The notes under the pieces are model-generated. The model did no database searches. It saw only the letters and a list, made by a program, of their open reading frames with translations, and was not told the origin of the DNA. This document shows positions 15,080-29,605 of a DNA stretch of 64,000 bases, in pieces. The translations under genes were made by a program, and so were the position numbers. Each line of letters opens with the position of its first letter. Position 1 is the stretch's first letter. This stretch comes from the human T2T-CHM13v2.0 reference genome, Homo sapiens: NCBI RefSeq assembly GCF_009914755.1, contig NC_060935.1; one strand, given 5' to 3'.

Positions 15080-16308
15080 TGTGCTAGGTAGAAAAATGCC
15101 CTCTCCTCCACCTCTAAGATGTCCACATCTTGATCTTTGGAACCTGTGATTATGTTAGGTTACACAGCAAAGGGGAGTTAAGGTTGCCATCGGAATTAAC
15201 ATTGTTAATCAGATGGCCTTGAAATAGAGGAGATTATCCTGAATTATCTAGGTGGGTCAAATGTAATTGCAGTAATTCTTTTTTTTTTTATTATTATTAT
15301 ACTTTAAGTTTTAGGGTACATGTGCACATTGTGCAGGTTAGTTACATATGTATACATGTGCCATGCTGGTGTGCTGCACCCATTAACTCGTCATCTAGCA
15401 TTAGGTATATCTCCCAGTGCTATCCCTCCCCCCTCCCCCCACCCCACAACAGTCCCCAGAGTGTGATATTCCCCTTCCTGTGTCCATGTGATCTCATTGT
15501 TCAATTCCCACCTATGAGTAAGAATATGCGGTGTTTGGTTTTTTGTTCTTGTGATAGTTTACTAAGTATGATGATTTCCAGCTTCATCCATGTCCCTACA
15601 AAGGACATGAACTCATCATTTTTTATGGCTGCATAGTATTCCATGGTGTATATGTGCCATATTTTCTTAATCCAGTCTATCATTGTTGGACATTTGGGTT
15701 GGTTCCAAGTCTTTGCTATTGTGAATAATGCCTCAATAAACATACGTGTGCATGTGTCTTTATAGCAGCATGAATGGCAATCATTAAAAAGTCAGGAAAC
15801 AACAGGTGTTGGAGAGGATGTGGAGAAATAGGAACACTTTTACACTGTTGGTGGGACTGTAAACTAGTTCAACCATTGTGGAAGTTAGTGTGGCGATTCC
15901 TCAGGGATCTAGAACTAGAAATACCATTTGACCCAGCCATCCCATTACTGGGTATATACCCAAAGGACTATAAATCATGCAGTAATTCTTAAAAGTAGAT
16001 GAACAAGGCCAAATAGAAGCAATCAAAGGAAGATGTGGCCACAGAAGAGAGGCACAGAGAGATCGATGTTGCTGGCTTTGAAGATGGAGGAAGGGGGCCA
16101 CAAGTCAAGGAATGTGGGTGACCTCTGAAAGCAGGAAAAAGCATGAAAACATTCTTCTAGAACCTCCAGAAAGTAACATCGCCCTGCCAACACATTGAAT
16201 TTAGCCCACTGACACCATTTTGCACTTCTGGAACTGTAAGGTAGTAAGTTTGAGTTGTTTAAGACACTAAGTTTATGATATTTTGTTACAGCATCAGTAG
16301 AAAACTGA
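15080..16308 (+). mobile_element. MLT1D LTR split by an L1 insertion
   Basis: MLT1D motifs (gagattatcctgaattatctaggtggg; ttgctggctttgaagatggagg) are contiguous across the L1 TSD. Confidence 0.85.
15281..15977 (-). mobile_element. 5'-truncated, 5'-inverted L1PA2-like element
   Basis: Poly(T) plus antisense 3' end 15281-15773, sense ORF2 piece 15774-15977, TSD TGCAGTAATTCTT at 15268-15280 and 15978-15990. Confidence 0.93.
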
Positions 16309-17375
16309 TTTTAGGTAGAAATGCTTTTAGCTGCAAGTGTCAAAAAAACAAATAAACACAAAAAACTAGTGACCTCAATAACTATGGACTTATGATTTTC
16401 AATAACGAGAAGCTTGGAGTTAGTGGCATGGTAGTTCAGCTACTCAATGATGTTACGAACGACTCAGGTTCCCCATTCCCCGAAGACTCTCCATCTCTTT
16501 TGCCAATCTGACTTTATGTCTTACTGGAAACTGGGTTATACAGCTATACCTAGCTGCAAGGGAAGGTAGAAAGTCTAGTAAACAGTAATAGCATTATCAA
16601 GACTAGATCAGCCCAATCATAAATAATTGCTTGGAGCTGCGTATATTGCTGCCCTGAAACAAACTAGCAAGGACACGGGGAGATAAGGAGGTAAATAATC
16701 TTTGGCAAAGACATGGTCTAATATCTGCCTGACTCTGAGCAACCTACAAGTCACAAGGGTGTTGGGACAATTATTCATTTCTGCAAGCTCTACAAATCTA
16801 AATAGGGCACTTAAAACCAGTTGCATCCAAACAGAGGCATACTACATGTAAAGGGAAGAGGCTAGGGTACATGAATAAATCATGCATAAGAATTAGTACT
16901 TAAAATAGATATAAAGGATGAAAGTTACCATTACCGTTTATGAGATAAGGAGACTATCTCCTAGGCCAAGAGAGGTTAAGTGATGTGCCCAAACCCACCT
17001 AGTGGGCAAAAGTCTAAGTCCAGAATCTCCTGCTTTCTTCTTCTGCTTTCTTCTGGTTGCAAGAGTAAGTGGATAATCAGTGCTAGCTGGATGCTAGTAG
17101 TTTAGAACTTCACAAATCTCTCTCAGAGAGCATCTGAAGGAGGGCAGCCAAGCTGCTATTACTGTGGCCACTGATTGAGGCCAGCTCTGAGGACTGACAA
17201 AGGAAAGCATGGAAAGTGGTGTATGCTTTTTGTCCACTTACCACTGGAACTCTTGAATCAGGGTATGATTCCCCTTCTGCCAAAAATAGTTAAGCTTTGC
17301 ATAATTGCAAACTCTACAGAAATTGAAGGCAATTTATATTCTTAGTTATAAAAACTAATCATTCCTTTTCCGTGG

Positions 17376-17892
17376 TGTGATGGCTAATTTTATGTCTCCA
17401 CTTGACTGGGTTAAGGGATGCCCAGATAGCTGGTAAAACATTATTTCGGGCATGTCTGTCAAGGTCTTTTCAGAAGAGATTAGCATTTGAGTCCATAAAC
17501 CGAGTAAAGATCCTCCCTCACTGATATAGTCAGGCATCATCCAATTCTTTGAGGGCTTGAATGAAACAAACGTCAAGAAAGGGCAAATGTACTCTCTTCT
17601 CTTGAGCTGGGACATCCACCTTCTGCCTTCGGATATCAGAACTCCTGGTTCTTACGCTTCACATTCCAGAACTTACACCACAAGCCCCCTGGTTCTCAAG
17701 CCCTTTGAACTCAGGTTGAATACCACTGACCTTCCAGGTTCTCCAGCTTACAGATGGCATATTGTGAGACTTCTTAGCTTCTATAATCCTAGGAGCCCAT
17801 TCTCATGATAAATCCTCTTTTATATATCTATATCTAGATATCTAGATCTATCCTACCAGTTCTGTTTCTCTGGAGAACCCTGACTAATATAC
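17376..17892 (+). mobile_element. MLT2 (ERVL) LTR
   Basis: tgtgatggctaattttatgt...ctctggagaaccctgactaata. Confidence 0.88.
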
Positions 17893-18189
17893 CTGATATC
17901 AAAGAGTTATTTCAGGATTATGATCACTTCCAAGAGGGAAGGAAAAAGAATGGGATCAAAAGAACTCCATAGAGACTGTCAAGTAAAACTGTAATGTTTC
18001 ATCTTTCAGAAAAATAAAACACCTGTATAAAAAACAAAACTGGCACAATATTAAGAAATATAAAACTAGTTGATGGGTATAAAGGGTTTTTTTATAGTAC
18101 ACTCTTTTCTACATACTTAAGATATCTCCTTATTGGGAAATATTACAAATAAGAAGATAATCTAAACTCCACAATAAAAAGGAGGTTGT

Positions 18190-18860
18190 ATTTATGCATT
18201 AAGTATGTGTGTGTTGGTGCTGGCTATGAGCTAGGCACTCTTCTAGAAGCTAAATACCTGCAAAGTCACTACCCTCATGGAGATTACATTCTAGGCAAGG
18301 CAGACAGAAATAAAACAAATTCACTTCAGTAAATGTTAAATAGTCTGAAGGAATAAAACAAAGGAATGTGATAAAAGTGACCCAGAAGATGTTTTCTATG
18401 AGGTGGACAGAAAAACAAACATCACTGAGGAGGTAGCATTTGTTCTGAGATGTGAACAATAAATCAAGTCATTCAAAAAATAAGAATAGTACTCCACAAA
18501 AAACAATCAGAAAATGCAAAGGCCTGGAGACCTTTTAATACTGCAAGAACCAATAACTAGCCCAAGGCATAGCAAGTAAGGTGATGAGAGATGCGATTAG
18601 AAAGACAGTTGTGAGGGCTTTGTGGTCATGGCAAGACATGTAGATTTTATTTGAAATGCAATGGGCTGCCAATGGATGGAGGGCTGAGGGAAGGGGTTGT
18701 AAGGAAGGGAACAAGAACATATTTTACATTAATATGTTATAATCATTTTTTAATAGCACTCTGCTCAATGGGCAATTCAGGAAAAGCAAGAAAAAACAGG
18801 TACATGATAATAGGCTATAGTAGTAATTCAAGCAAGAGATGACGCTGGCTTGGAAACAAA
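18190..18860. mobile_element. L2 remnant
   Basis: ccctcatggagattacattctagg, gcaaaggcctggag, gagatgacgctggcttgga. Confidence 0.6.
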
Positions 18861-19123
18861 TCTTAGATTTCTTGTACAGACTTACAAGTCTGACATATGA
18901 GAAGGTTAAAGAATAGTATGATAGTAACTTATCATGTTTCCCAGAAAAAAAAATGCATATTCTTTACATGGCAGAAGGTTGGGAAATATTTATATGAATG
19001 TGATGAGATTTCAGGTGACTTTATTATCTTCTCTAGATGATTATTTATATATTCTTACTTTTTTTTAATTGACCAGACGTTATTTCTGATTTCCAAATCA
19101 GTACAATGTCCAGGAAATCATAA

Positions 19124-19577
<454 letters not shown>

Positions 19578-19611
19578 ACGGCTTAATTTTAAATATGTTA
19601 AGTGTAAGATG

Positions 19612-19994
19612 TCCACATTGGTTTGCTAGGGCTGCCGTAACAAAGTACCACATATTGAGTGGCTTAAACCACAGAAATTATTTTTCTCACAATTCTAAAG
19701 GCTAGAAGTCCAAGAACAAAGGAATCTTCTGAGGCCTCTCTCCTTGGCTTGTAGATGGCCACCTTCTCCCTGTGTCTTTACATGATCTTTCCTATTTGTG
19801 TGTCTGTGTCCTAATCTCTTCTTCTTCTAAGAGCACCAGTCATATTTGATTAGGGCCAGCTAACGACCTTAGTTTAACTTAATTACCTCTTTAAAGAACC
19901 TATTTCCAAATATAGTCACATTCAGAGGTAATAGAGATTAGGACTTCAACATACAAATATGGGGGGTAGGGTGGACACAGTTCAGCCCATAACA
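19612..19994 (-). mobile_element. MLT1A-type LTR
   Basis: agggctgccgtaacaaagtaccac...ggacacagttcagcccataaca. Confidence 0.85.
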
Positions 19995-20799
19995 AAGTCT
20001 ACCCATGCTGGGCAGGTGGAGGAAGATTTTTAAAGGTTATCAGAAACATGACTCTGCAGTTCAGTTTAGTACACTTGCTGGGAGGTAAATGCGTTAGAGT
20101 CTTTCATCTATAAATATGAATGAGCTCACCCTAGGAGAGCTCATAGCATGAGAAAAGTCAATGACAGAAGGAAGCAGAAGGAAAAAGCCTGAGAAAGAGA
20201 TAGACAAGCTGTGGGCCAAGCAGCAGGAGGAAGACTAGAAGAGAATAAGGACATGCAAGTTTCAAGAAGGGTGGTCAACAGTGTCAAACTGCAGGTCCTG
20301 AAAATGTACCCTACAAACAACCCATCTAAGGCCCCTCTTGGATGAAACTTCCAACCTCAGCTCAAACCTCCCACCATGGCTTCCACTGGCAATAAAACAA
20401 AATGTAAGCTCAGCCTATCATCCAAGGCCCTCCAGAGTATGATTCTAATTCCCTTTTAAACTTTATGTACCTTTAGTACCCTTCAGCATCCTTCAGCATT
20501 AGTGACACAGCATTGTTCCCTAGCTCTGACCCAAAGCTCTGTGGTCTCTTCCTTTTGTGCATGTTACCCCCTCACACAGGAATGCCCTTCCCATTCATCC
20601 TGCACACCCTTCAAGGACACCAAAACCCTTAGCAATTTTTCTATACCAAGTTGATTTCTGCATATGTCTATCTGCTGCACTGGGCTGTGGACTCTTTAGG
20701 GAAAATCTTGTCTGCTATTTATCGTTGGCACCTCTTGAAGCCTGCCATGGTTCCTGGTACCTAGCAGGTGCTCAAAAAATGGCTTTTTGAATCAATGAA

Positions 20800-21500
20800 C
20801 TAATGCTGTTTTGCTCCAAACAGAACTAAATAATAATCCAGCAGCTGACATTTGAAAATGTCGATGCTATTGACTCACCTGTTTGGGGGAAGGGACAAGT
20901 TTTCTTTGATGACTTAGTGGCTTTCACATCTGTCAGACGTGTCGTATCCCCTTTAATGGTGGTTGCTTATTACAAGGAGAAACAGTTACTCAGGATTCAG
21001 GTAGTTTTGTACAGTGGATTATTATGTCTAGAATTTAATAGCACTCTGCTCTTTGATATTTATTTCAAGGTCAATAGAAATGTAACCATTCTCACTCCCT
21101 ATTTGTGTTCAATCTAACCATTTAGCAGGAGGATTAGACCTGCCACACACTGGGTTTTGAAGATTTAAGAATGATTTGTTTGATTTTGATGCTATGTTTC
21201 CCAAATACATTCACAGGCAATAATTACATTATTAATATTTTAATCTTTTGAAAGTGTTAACATTCTTCTTAACATGTTAATCTCTGAATATTGAGGATGA
21301 TGTGTGTATCAGGTTGTTGGCTTGTGTACAAATTTTTTTCTACAATGTTTTAGGGTGATTATGTGTAGAAATAACATAGGGTACTGCTTCCTTCAAGGCC
21401 TTTATCAAAATCAAATTGGAATTCTATCGTGAAGAAAGGGTGTTAAGGCATTCACTACTGTAATATGTTCTGTATGATATTGTTCAAAACCTTTCTGTGT
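20800..21500. promoter_or_regulatory. Distal FSHB enhancer (about -26 kb)
   Basis: Repeat-free island about 26 kb from the TSS, matching the distance of the published enhancer. SF-1 consensus TCAAGGTCA 21065-21073, SMAD-like CAGAC 20934 and GTCTAGAA 21026, second SF-1-like TCAAGGCCT 21393. Boundaries approximate. Confidence 0.8.
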
Positions 21501-21575
21501 CCATTGACACAGGTGACAATGCTTTGAGATAGTTTGGCTACAGTTATTGTCACCATTTTCTTACAAAAACCTTAG

Positions 21576-21885
<310 letters not shown>

Positions 21886-24329
21886 AATGTTGCTGTTATT
21901 ATTATCATCATTACTACATTCTAGGCTATATTTGTACTCTTAGAACAATGTTATAAGGGTATTAAGGATAAATTAGTCAAATGTCTTCCTTGTATGAATT
22001 TTATATAAACTAGGATCATGAAATATAATTAACTAATTGATGATATTCTAGAAGATAGAGTATTTAGATGCTCTGGAACTGGAATTCAATCAACTGTGAG
22101 AATTAAAATATCCAGTCTCCTCAATGTAATAGAGACAAATTCTCTAGTGGAAATGGTTCAGCAAGGATTTATTAAAACTTTTCTATAGGAGAAAAAGGCT
22201 CAGAGGATTTCACCATAAGTAGAAAATATGTAGAATCAAACTTAAACCTGAAGGCTTTGATCTTTCCTTTATAAAATTCAGCAGAAGTCCTTTCAAGAAA
22301 TGTAATCCATTTTAAATATTTACCAAACCTTATTCTCAGCTGAAATGGGTGTCAAATCTCAAATTAGAAAGTCTCCTTTTTGGTTCTGGTCCCTTTGGAT
22401 TTGGTTGCAGCATTTCCTATTATCTGTACTATAAAGAGAAGAGCCTTAGCACAAAAAGCTTCTCTATCAGTGATGGAAATTGACAAATCAGTGAAAGAAA
22501 AACAAGGCAGCCAAAGAGGAAGTGGATCTCCTGTGTGTTCTTTAAAGGGGAAAACCACTTTTTTGACTATTAAGAACACAATGAAAGTAAAGCCTTAAGA
22601 CAATATTTCCACCACAGACACAAGGGATGAATATTAAGCCTCTATTATGAGCCAGATAATACATATATCCTATGAATCTATCTTCACATAACCTTATAAC
22701 AAAAGAATATTATTTCTCATCAATCTAAAATGCTTCAGAGACTCAGAGAAGTGAGTGGCCTGTGGTCACACAGCTAGTGAAACACAAAAGTGAATTTCAG
22801 TCCTAAAACCTGAATCCCCTCAGATACCTCAGGCTGTCCTTTTTCAACTGCTCAACAAAAGTTTACAGAAGTGCATCATTTTAAGCCGATTAGGAAACAG
22901 CTGGAGAAACGATAATATATAGATTCTACTCTCTGGGTGTTTATAGCCCCAGAAGACAGAACAGCAAATGTGTTAAGACAGCCGTGAGAAGACTAAAAAA
23001 AGGAAGCCACAGAAGAGCAGCCGAAACTCATACCTGCTCGGTCATTACAGGTCTCAAAAGGGATTGCACTTTCAAAGACACATCTGTGACACCATATAGA
23101 TTTATAAGTATGCAAACTGAGAAAACATCATGAATTAATTTCATTAGCAGAACCCCAGAAATTCCATCCCTAAGCGGCCACCTAGGGTTGATCTCTAGGC
23201 ATTTTTGAATTTTACTTATTTACTTTTTTGAGATAAAAACATTTTGCCTTTAATAATCTTTAAGGTATCGACTCTATTATTCCCTACACTTATGGTATTA
23301 TAGTTTTCCACATTAGTTAGCAAGGTTAATTTATTAAAATACAATAAAAATTTATTGCCTACTAAATACATAATATTAATTATAAAACCAGTACCTACAG
23401 AGTTACCAACCCAGTATGGATTGCAGAATAAGGATGAGAAGAAGGTAATTGAATGACTACCAACCATGTTTTAAAACACAAAGACAACTTTCTTCTCAGA
23501 GATACCTGTTAACCTTCAACATCTCAGTTAAGTTTTAAAGGATACTGTTCTGTTTTGGTTAAAGAAAAGTATAGATTCATACAACTGTATCTTAAGCTTC
23601 AGACAAATTAGAATTAACTGCTTTATAATTTCTCCTACATTGGCACACCAGCCAGAATAATGAGGGCTGATGCTATGCTGAAATTAGAGTGAATCTAAAA
23701 TCATAAGTCACAAAGAGTTTTTACAGTCTATAAATTGTCTCTTTTCCTGTCACGCCTACCCCATATGCAGTCAACATCATAGTAAACTATCATTCACAGT
23801 AAACTATCATTTTTCCTACCATGTTCTTTTATCTCAGTCAGGATGATAGGATTTTCAATTCTTCTGTCTTCATCCATCATCAAAACTTTATTGGGCTCCT
23901 GCTATGTGCTAGGCAACATACCATGAGCTGGAAATACCGGAAAAAGAATGAAAGGACCCATCTTCTCCCAGATATATACTAACTGTTTACCCCAAGAGCA
24001 AATCTCCTTGCTTAAATAGTAGTAGCAAGAGATGAGTAAAGTGGTTAAGCTAGCCTAGGAATGGCAAATAAGATAGCTCAGCAAAGCAATTAGGAGCCCT
24101 GGAGTCAGATTGTTGACACTCAAATCTTGATTCCACCTAGTTGTTTGACCTTGAACAAGTCACTAAAGTCTTCTGTGCCTGTCTCCTCATCATTAAAATA
24201 TAAATAATAATAGTACTTAGCACATATCATTGTTCCAGGATTTAAAAAGAGAATACATGTTGATTACTTAGAATAATTTCTAGCACATAAATGTTCCATA
24301 AATGTTGGTGTGTCTTTCTTGCTAAGCTG

Positions 24330-24730
24330 ATTAGTACTTATAACTAGTTGGGGTTTTAGGGGTACAGACATGATAAATAGGGATGCAAAATATTTATTAG
24401 AGAGTGATACCTGTAAAGGAAAATGAAGAAAAGGAAGGAATGGGCAGGGAGAGTGATCTTTACTTGCCTATCTGGGAGCTCTGGAGGACAGATTGTCCTT
24501 TAGAGGTGTCCCACATTGGAGAGAAATGGCTGGGTCCTTGCACCACAGCCCTGCTCAAGCATTGGAAAGGAGATGCCCATGGAAGAACCTCAACTCAAAA
24601 GCCGAGACAGATCCTGAAGGACCTAATAGCTGAAGGCTGCTAGTAACTCTACTCTTGGCAGGTAGGCAGCAAGTCCTTTCCCAAAGGGAGACCTGAGCAT
24701 GCGTCTCCCTCCATCTTGGCTACAGGGGTT
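24330..24730. mobile_element. Old ERVL-type LTR fragment (LTR33/LTR16-like)
   Basis: gatgcaaaatatttattagagagtgatacctgtaaagg...gggagctctggag motifs. Confidence 0.45.
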
Positions 24731-25259
24731 ATTGTCTGGTGTGTTGGCCTGGAAGAGTTCTCAGGAAGTGTTGAGATTCAATGGACAAAGGCAAGTGGAG
24801 ACATCATGATTGACTGAGACGTCAACCACAGGCCTTGAGCAAGAAGGAGAAGCCTACTTGCAGGAATTGGTTCTACTAGAACAGATTGTCTCAAAAGCTC
24901 CCCCACCTCTGACAAGCCCTGTTCTCTATTCCTTCTCCAGTAGTTTCTCTAAGACCCCAAGGATGGCAGAAGGGCCCGGACGCTAGGACCCTTCCTGCTT
25001 CCTAAACACTGTACTGCATATACCATGCTCTTCTGAGGGAGGAGTTACAGAATCCTAGAGTATCACCCAAGCTCCACCCTCAGCCTTGGCTATGTGTGCT
25101 CTTCCTGGTACCTCTTCTAAGGGCCAGAAATTCTCAGATGCATTCGGTGTCAGTCCACACCTGGAAGAGCCAGAGCTTGACATAGACAGAGCACCACTAA
25201 TTATTTGCACCCCACTTTATTCCAAAATGGATTTACAGAATCTTCAAAAACAGTATACT

Positions 25260-25494
<235 letters not shown>

Positions 25495-27559
25495 GTATAC
25501 CTAGGTGAATTCGTCTAATAAGGACTTTTATCTAAATTAATGGTATACAAGTGAAGGGAAACTAACAAAATATAGGCAGTGCAAATGTGGGGAAAGTTTC
25601 TGCAGAAAAATGGCTTTGGATAAAAGTAAAATGCTATCAGGGAACAAAGTCAGAATTATCATCTCAAATAGGTAATAGATAATTTAAACACTTGGGTATT
25701 TTCTTGTTTTGCAACTGTGCTCTCAGCAGTAGGAATCTGTGATTTAGTAATAGGGCTCATTTTTGCTGTCCATCGCATTTCATTTATGGATAGGCACAGT
25801 GAGCCTCCAGGTTGTGGCGGCTGCGTGTTCAGCTGCACCTGCCAGAGAGCAGGAAGGCTGAGCAGCTGATGGCAATATCTAGTTCTATCTCTCACCTGGT
25901 GGCAGCCACCTGCACTGGGGTAAATCTCCTAGGAAAAACTAGAAGTCTTAATTGCAGTTTTAAAGTCTTAAACCTCAGAACTCCAAGTATACAAAGGAAA
26001 TAAGACAGCCTCTGATGTTGCTACCTGAATTTCTGATTCCAAATGCCAGTTTACATTTTAAAGAATATTTCTTTGTGAAGTCTAACTCTCATGGTCATAA
26101 GCAGTGCCTAGAATGGATCTGGTTTATCAGTTCAGTAAATGCTTGCTGACTGTTCAAGAAATAACAAGGCAAAACTGTTCCCCATCCTTGAAGTTCATGA
26201 AACAGGTTTGTTAAGTTTAAGACCAACACTCGTCATATATTATATGTTGGTCCTAATGTCCTGTTAATGAGTTTGAATCACGGGTATACCTTGCTCTTTT
26301 CCCCCTTACTCACCACCCTCATCTATCTAAACCATCATCAACATCTCACTGCCTCTCGAGCCCGTTAGGACACCTCCCCTTGATTTCTGTTCTCTAAAGC
26401 CTTTGATAACAACCTAGCACAGTCAAAACAGAGGTGCCAGGGCCTTCAGATTGGGCTTCCCACCCATCACCTCACCTTGGAAATTTAGACTGCAACTTAC
26501 TTCAAAGGTCAAGAATGCAAATGGCCTGGAGGTGAGCTTTGGGATAGTTCCAACTAAACTGCTAATTGGATTCCTTCAAAATGCTACAGTCATGGTCGTC
26601 TTTCCCATTTCCAGGCAACAAAGTACCAGGGAATGCTCAGTGACTCATCCTCTGCAGCTGATTCGAAGGCACCTGAGCACCTCAGGCTGAACAGGTGGGG
26701 TCTGTCTTCTGTAATTTACTTGATAGAGCTCTTTGCATAGTCAAGTGCTAGAGGAAATGAAAACTACAGACATTAGTTCTCAAGCACCTTCTGAAGAAAC
26801 CCAGGGATGACCTCAGCTACATGTTTGATACCAAGAAACTGGGTTTTAAAGGCCTTTCAGCTTTGTTTCCTGGCAGTCTTCTTGTTCTAAGATGTCCTTG
26901 AAGATCACACTCCACCTTTCCCCTGAACATATATACCCAGGTACCTATTAGAAAATATCTGTGAACATCTTTGGAGAAGGCTGCTGTGACCCTTCTCCTG
27001 ACCCTAGGGATTGGTTGCTCCTTTCTCTGTGATTTTATAGCAGGCAGAACATCCTGTAGCCCATATCATATTGCATTATTATCTGTTATCCATGTATTTC
27101 TCTATCTTGATGGATTATAACTTTCCCAAAAGCAGGTACCAAGTATTGCTCATCTTAACCTAGCACATGGTAATCTAGTCGAATTGAATTTTAACTCATT
27201 TCCATTGACTCATTAAAAGAAAATTATGAAGAAAATGACTTATATTTGGCTATATTAAAATTCTTTATTAAAATAAATGTAATTCTTTTGCACATGTAAA
27301 AGTGACCAAATGAGACGAACCAACAATTCTCCAAAGAAATGCAAATAAACAAATGAGAAAATGTTCACTAGTTGTTATGAAAAAATGCCAACTATAATTT
27401 TTTATCTCACAAACTGGCAAATATACACGCATGTATACATGCACTCAAATTGATGAAATTAAGATGACAAGCACCCTCCTATATGCTGCTGAAAATTTAC
27501 AGTGACTATCTTAAAAGAATATATATTTTCCTGTAAGCACAAGATGGAGAGAAAAAAAG

Positions 27560-27785
27560 TATATATGTATATATGTGTATATATATGTATGTGTATTTAT
27601 ATATATAATATATATATCCCCATAGTAGATGTAGATATGGATATGGATAATAATATGGGCATAAATGTGTGTGTGTATATATATATTATATATATATGTG
27701 TATATATATATTATATATATATATGTGTATATATATATTATATATATGTGTATATATATATATGTGTATATATATATATATATCT
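27560..27785. repeat. (TA/TG)n low-complexity tract inside an old L1 fragment
   Basis: Directly visible. Confidence 0.9.
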
Positions 27786-28032
27786 TCCTGCAATCCTACC
27801 TCTAGTAATGTGACCTAAAGAAAAAATCAGAAATGCAGATGAAGAATAAGGTAGTAAGGATGTTTACAATATTCCTTGTAATCATGAAAAACAAATGAAA
27901 ATAACTTGTTTAATCATAAGAAAGTGGTTAGATCAGCCAAAGTTCATCCAACAATAGAAAATAAGTTTTATAAAAATATTCAATAACATGGATAACAGTT
28001 CATGATAAAATGTTAAATTTAAAAAGTGCAGG

Positions 28033-28345
28033 GGCCTGACACAGTGGCTCACTCCTGTAATCCCAGCACTTTGGGAGGCCGAGGCAGGCAGATCGCTTGA
28101 GGTCAGGAGTTCGAGACCAGCCCGGCCAACATGGTGAATCCTCATCTCTACAGAAATACAAAAATTAGCTAGTGTGATGGCGGGTGCCTGTAATCTCAGC
28201 TACTTGGGAAGCTGAGGCAGGAGAATTGCTTGAACTGGGGAGGCGGAGGTTCCAGTGAGCCAAGATGATGCCACTGCACTCCAGCCCTGGTGACAGAGTG
28301 AAACTCCATCTCAAAAAAATAAAAATAAATAAATAAAATAAAATA
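28033..28345 (+). mobile_element. AluSx-like
   Basis: Dimeric Alu; TSD AAAAGTGCA. Confidence 0.95.
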
Positions 28346-29061
28346 AAAGTGCAAGAAAAATTATTTTTCAAAGAGAAGGAAAGTAGTCAATAGTGAAATG
28401 ATATGTGAAAGTCATGTAAGAGAAAGCCTAAAAAGTGAATAGCATATCAATTTGGCAATTTAGAAGGTTAAACATACTCAAAGTATTTTTTTCTTTGTCT
28501 ATACCTTTAAAAAGAGCTGGTTGTTTTCTGAGTGTTTAACCTGCTCCTGTGTTCTCTGAAAACCAGATGCAGAGAGAGTGTAAACAATGATGTGAGATAA
28601 GGGTTTACGTCTTGATTCTACCACACATTATCTTGAGACCTTGGATACATTACTTCAGCATTGATCCTCACAAAGAATCTAGCATAGTAACTAATAAATA
28701 TGAGACAATCTTTTTTCTTTTCTTTTCTTGTATATTCAATACATTTATAATTACTAGTCCCATTATCAGCTCCTGCTAACTGGACATTAACCAGGTGAAC
28801 TTAATCCTTGATCATATTTAATAGGACAAGATTAACTGACCCTAGAGGAGGCACATTCATAAACTTATCTAAACATTTCTTTTCACCTGAAAATCTGTAT
28901 AAGAGATGGAAATTCCAGCAATTGGAAGAAAGTGGGCTAAAATATCAGCATATAGACTTGGAGCCGATATCACAGAGTCATGTACAGGATAAAATGCAAT
29001 GAAAGCCCACTAAGAGAGAAGAGTAGGAACAGATATGAAAAAAAAGGAGTGAGGGGAGTGA

Positions 29062-29605
29062 CTGTATTAGTTTTCCATTGCTGCTGTAACAAATTATCAC
29101 AACCTTGGTGACTAAAGCATCATACATTTATTATCCTACAGTTCTGGAGCTCAGAAGTTAAAAATAGGTCTCACTGTGCTAAATTCAATGTCTTGGCAGA
29201 GCTGCATTCCTTCTGAAGCATTAGGGGAGAATCCATTCCTTGTCTTTTCCAGCTTGTAGAGGCCACTGCCATGCACTGATTTGTGGCCCCCTTCTACACT
29301 CCAATGATGGATGCTGTGGCATCACTCCAGCCTCTGCTTCCAATATCATAGCTTGCCTCCCTCTATTTTTGTTGTCACATGACCTTCTCTATTATGTCCC
29401 TATTATAATCTCCACATTGCTCCTTTACATTGAACCCACCCAAATACTCCAGGAAAATCTCCTAGTGATTACATTGGACCTACCCAGATAATCCAGGATA
29501 ATATCCCCATCTCAAGATTTTTAATCACATCTTAAAAGTCTTTTTTGTCCTCTGTAAGGTAATAAGGCAAGTTCTGGGAGTTAGGACACAGGTGGCTATT
29601 GTAGT
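29062..29605 (-). mobile_element. MLT1 (C/D/E-type) LTR
   Basis: tgtattagttttccattgctgctgtaacaaattatcac...gataatccaggataat. Confidence 0.8.

Noticed and set aside
15501-15992. ORFs matching the L1 ORF2 C-terminus
   Set aside because: Fragments of a truncated, inverted L1, not a gene.
17832-17847. Perfect palindrome ATCTAGATATCTAGAT
   Set aside because: Lies in the low-complexity (TATC)n tract typical of MLT2 LTR 3' ends.
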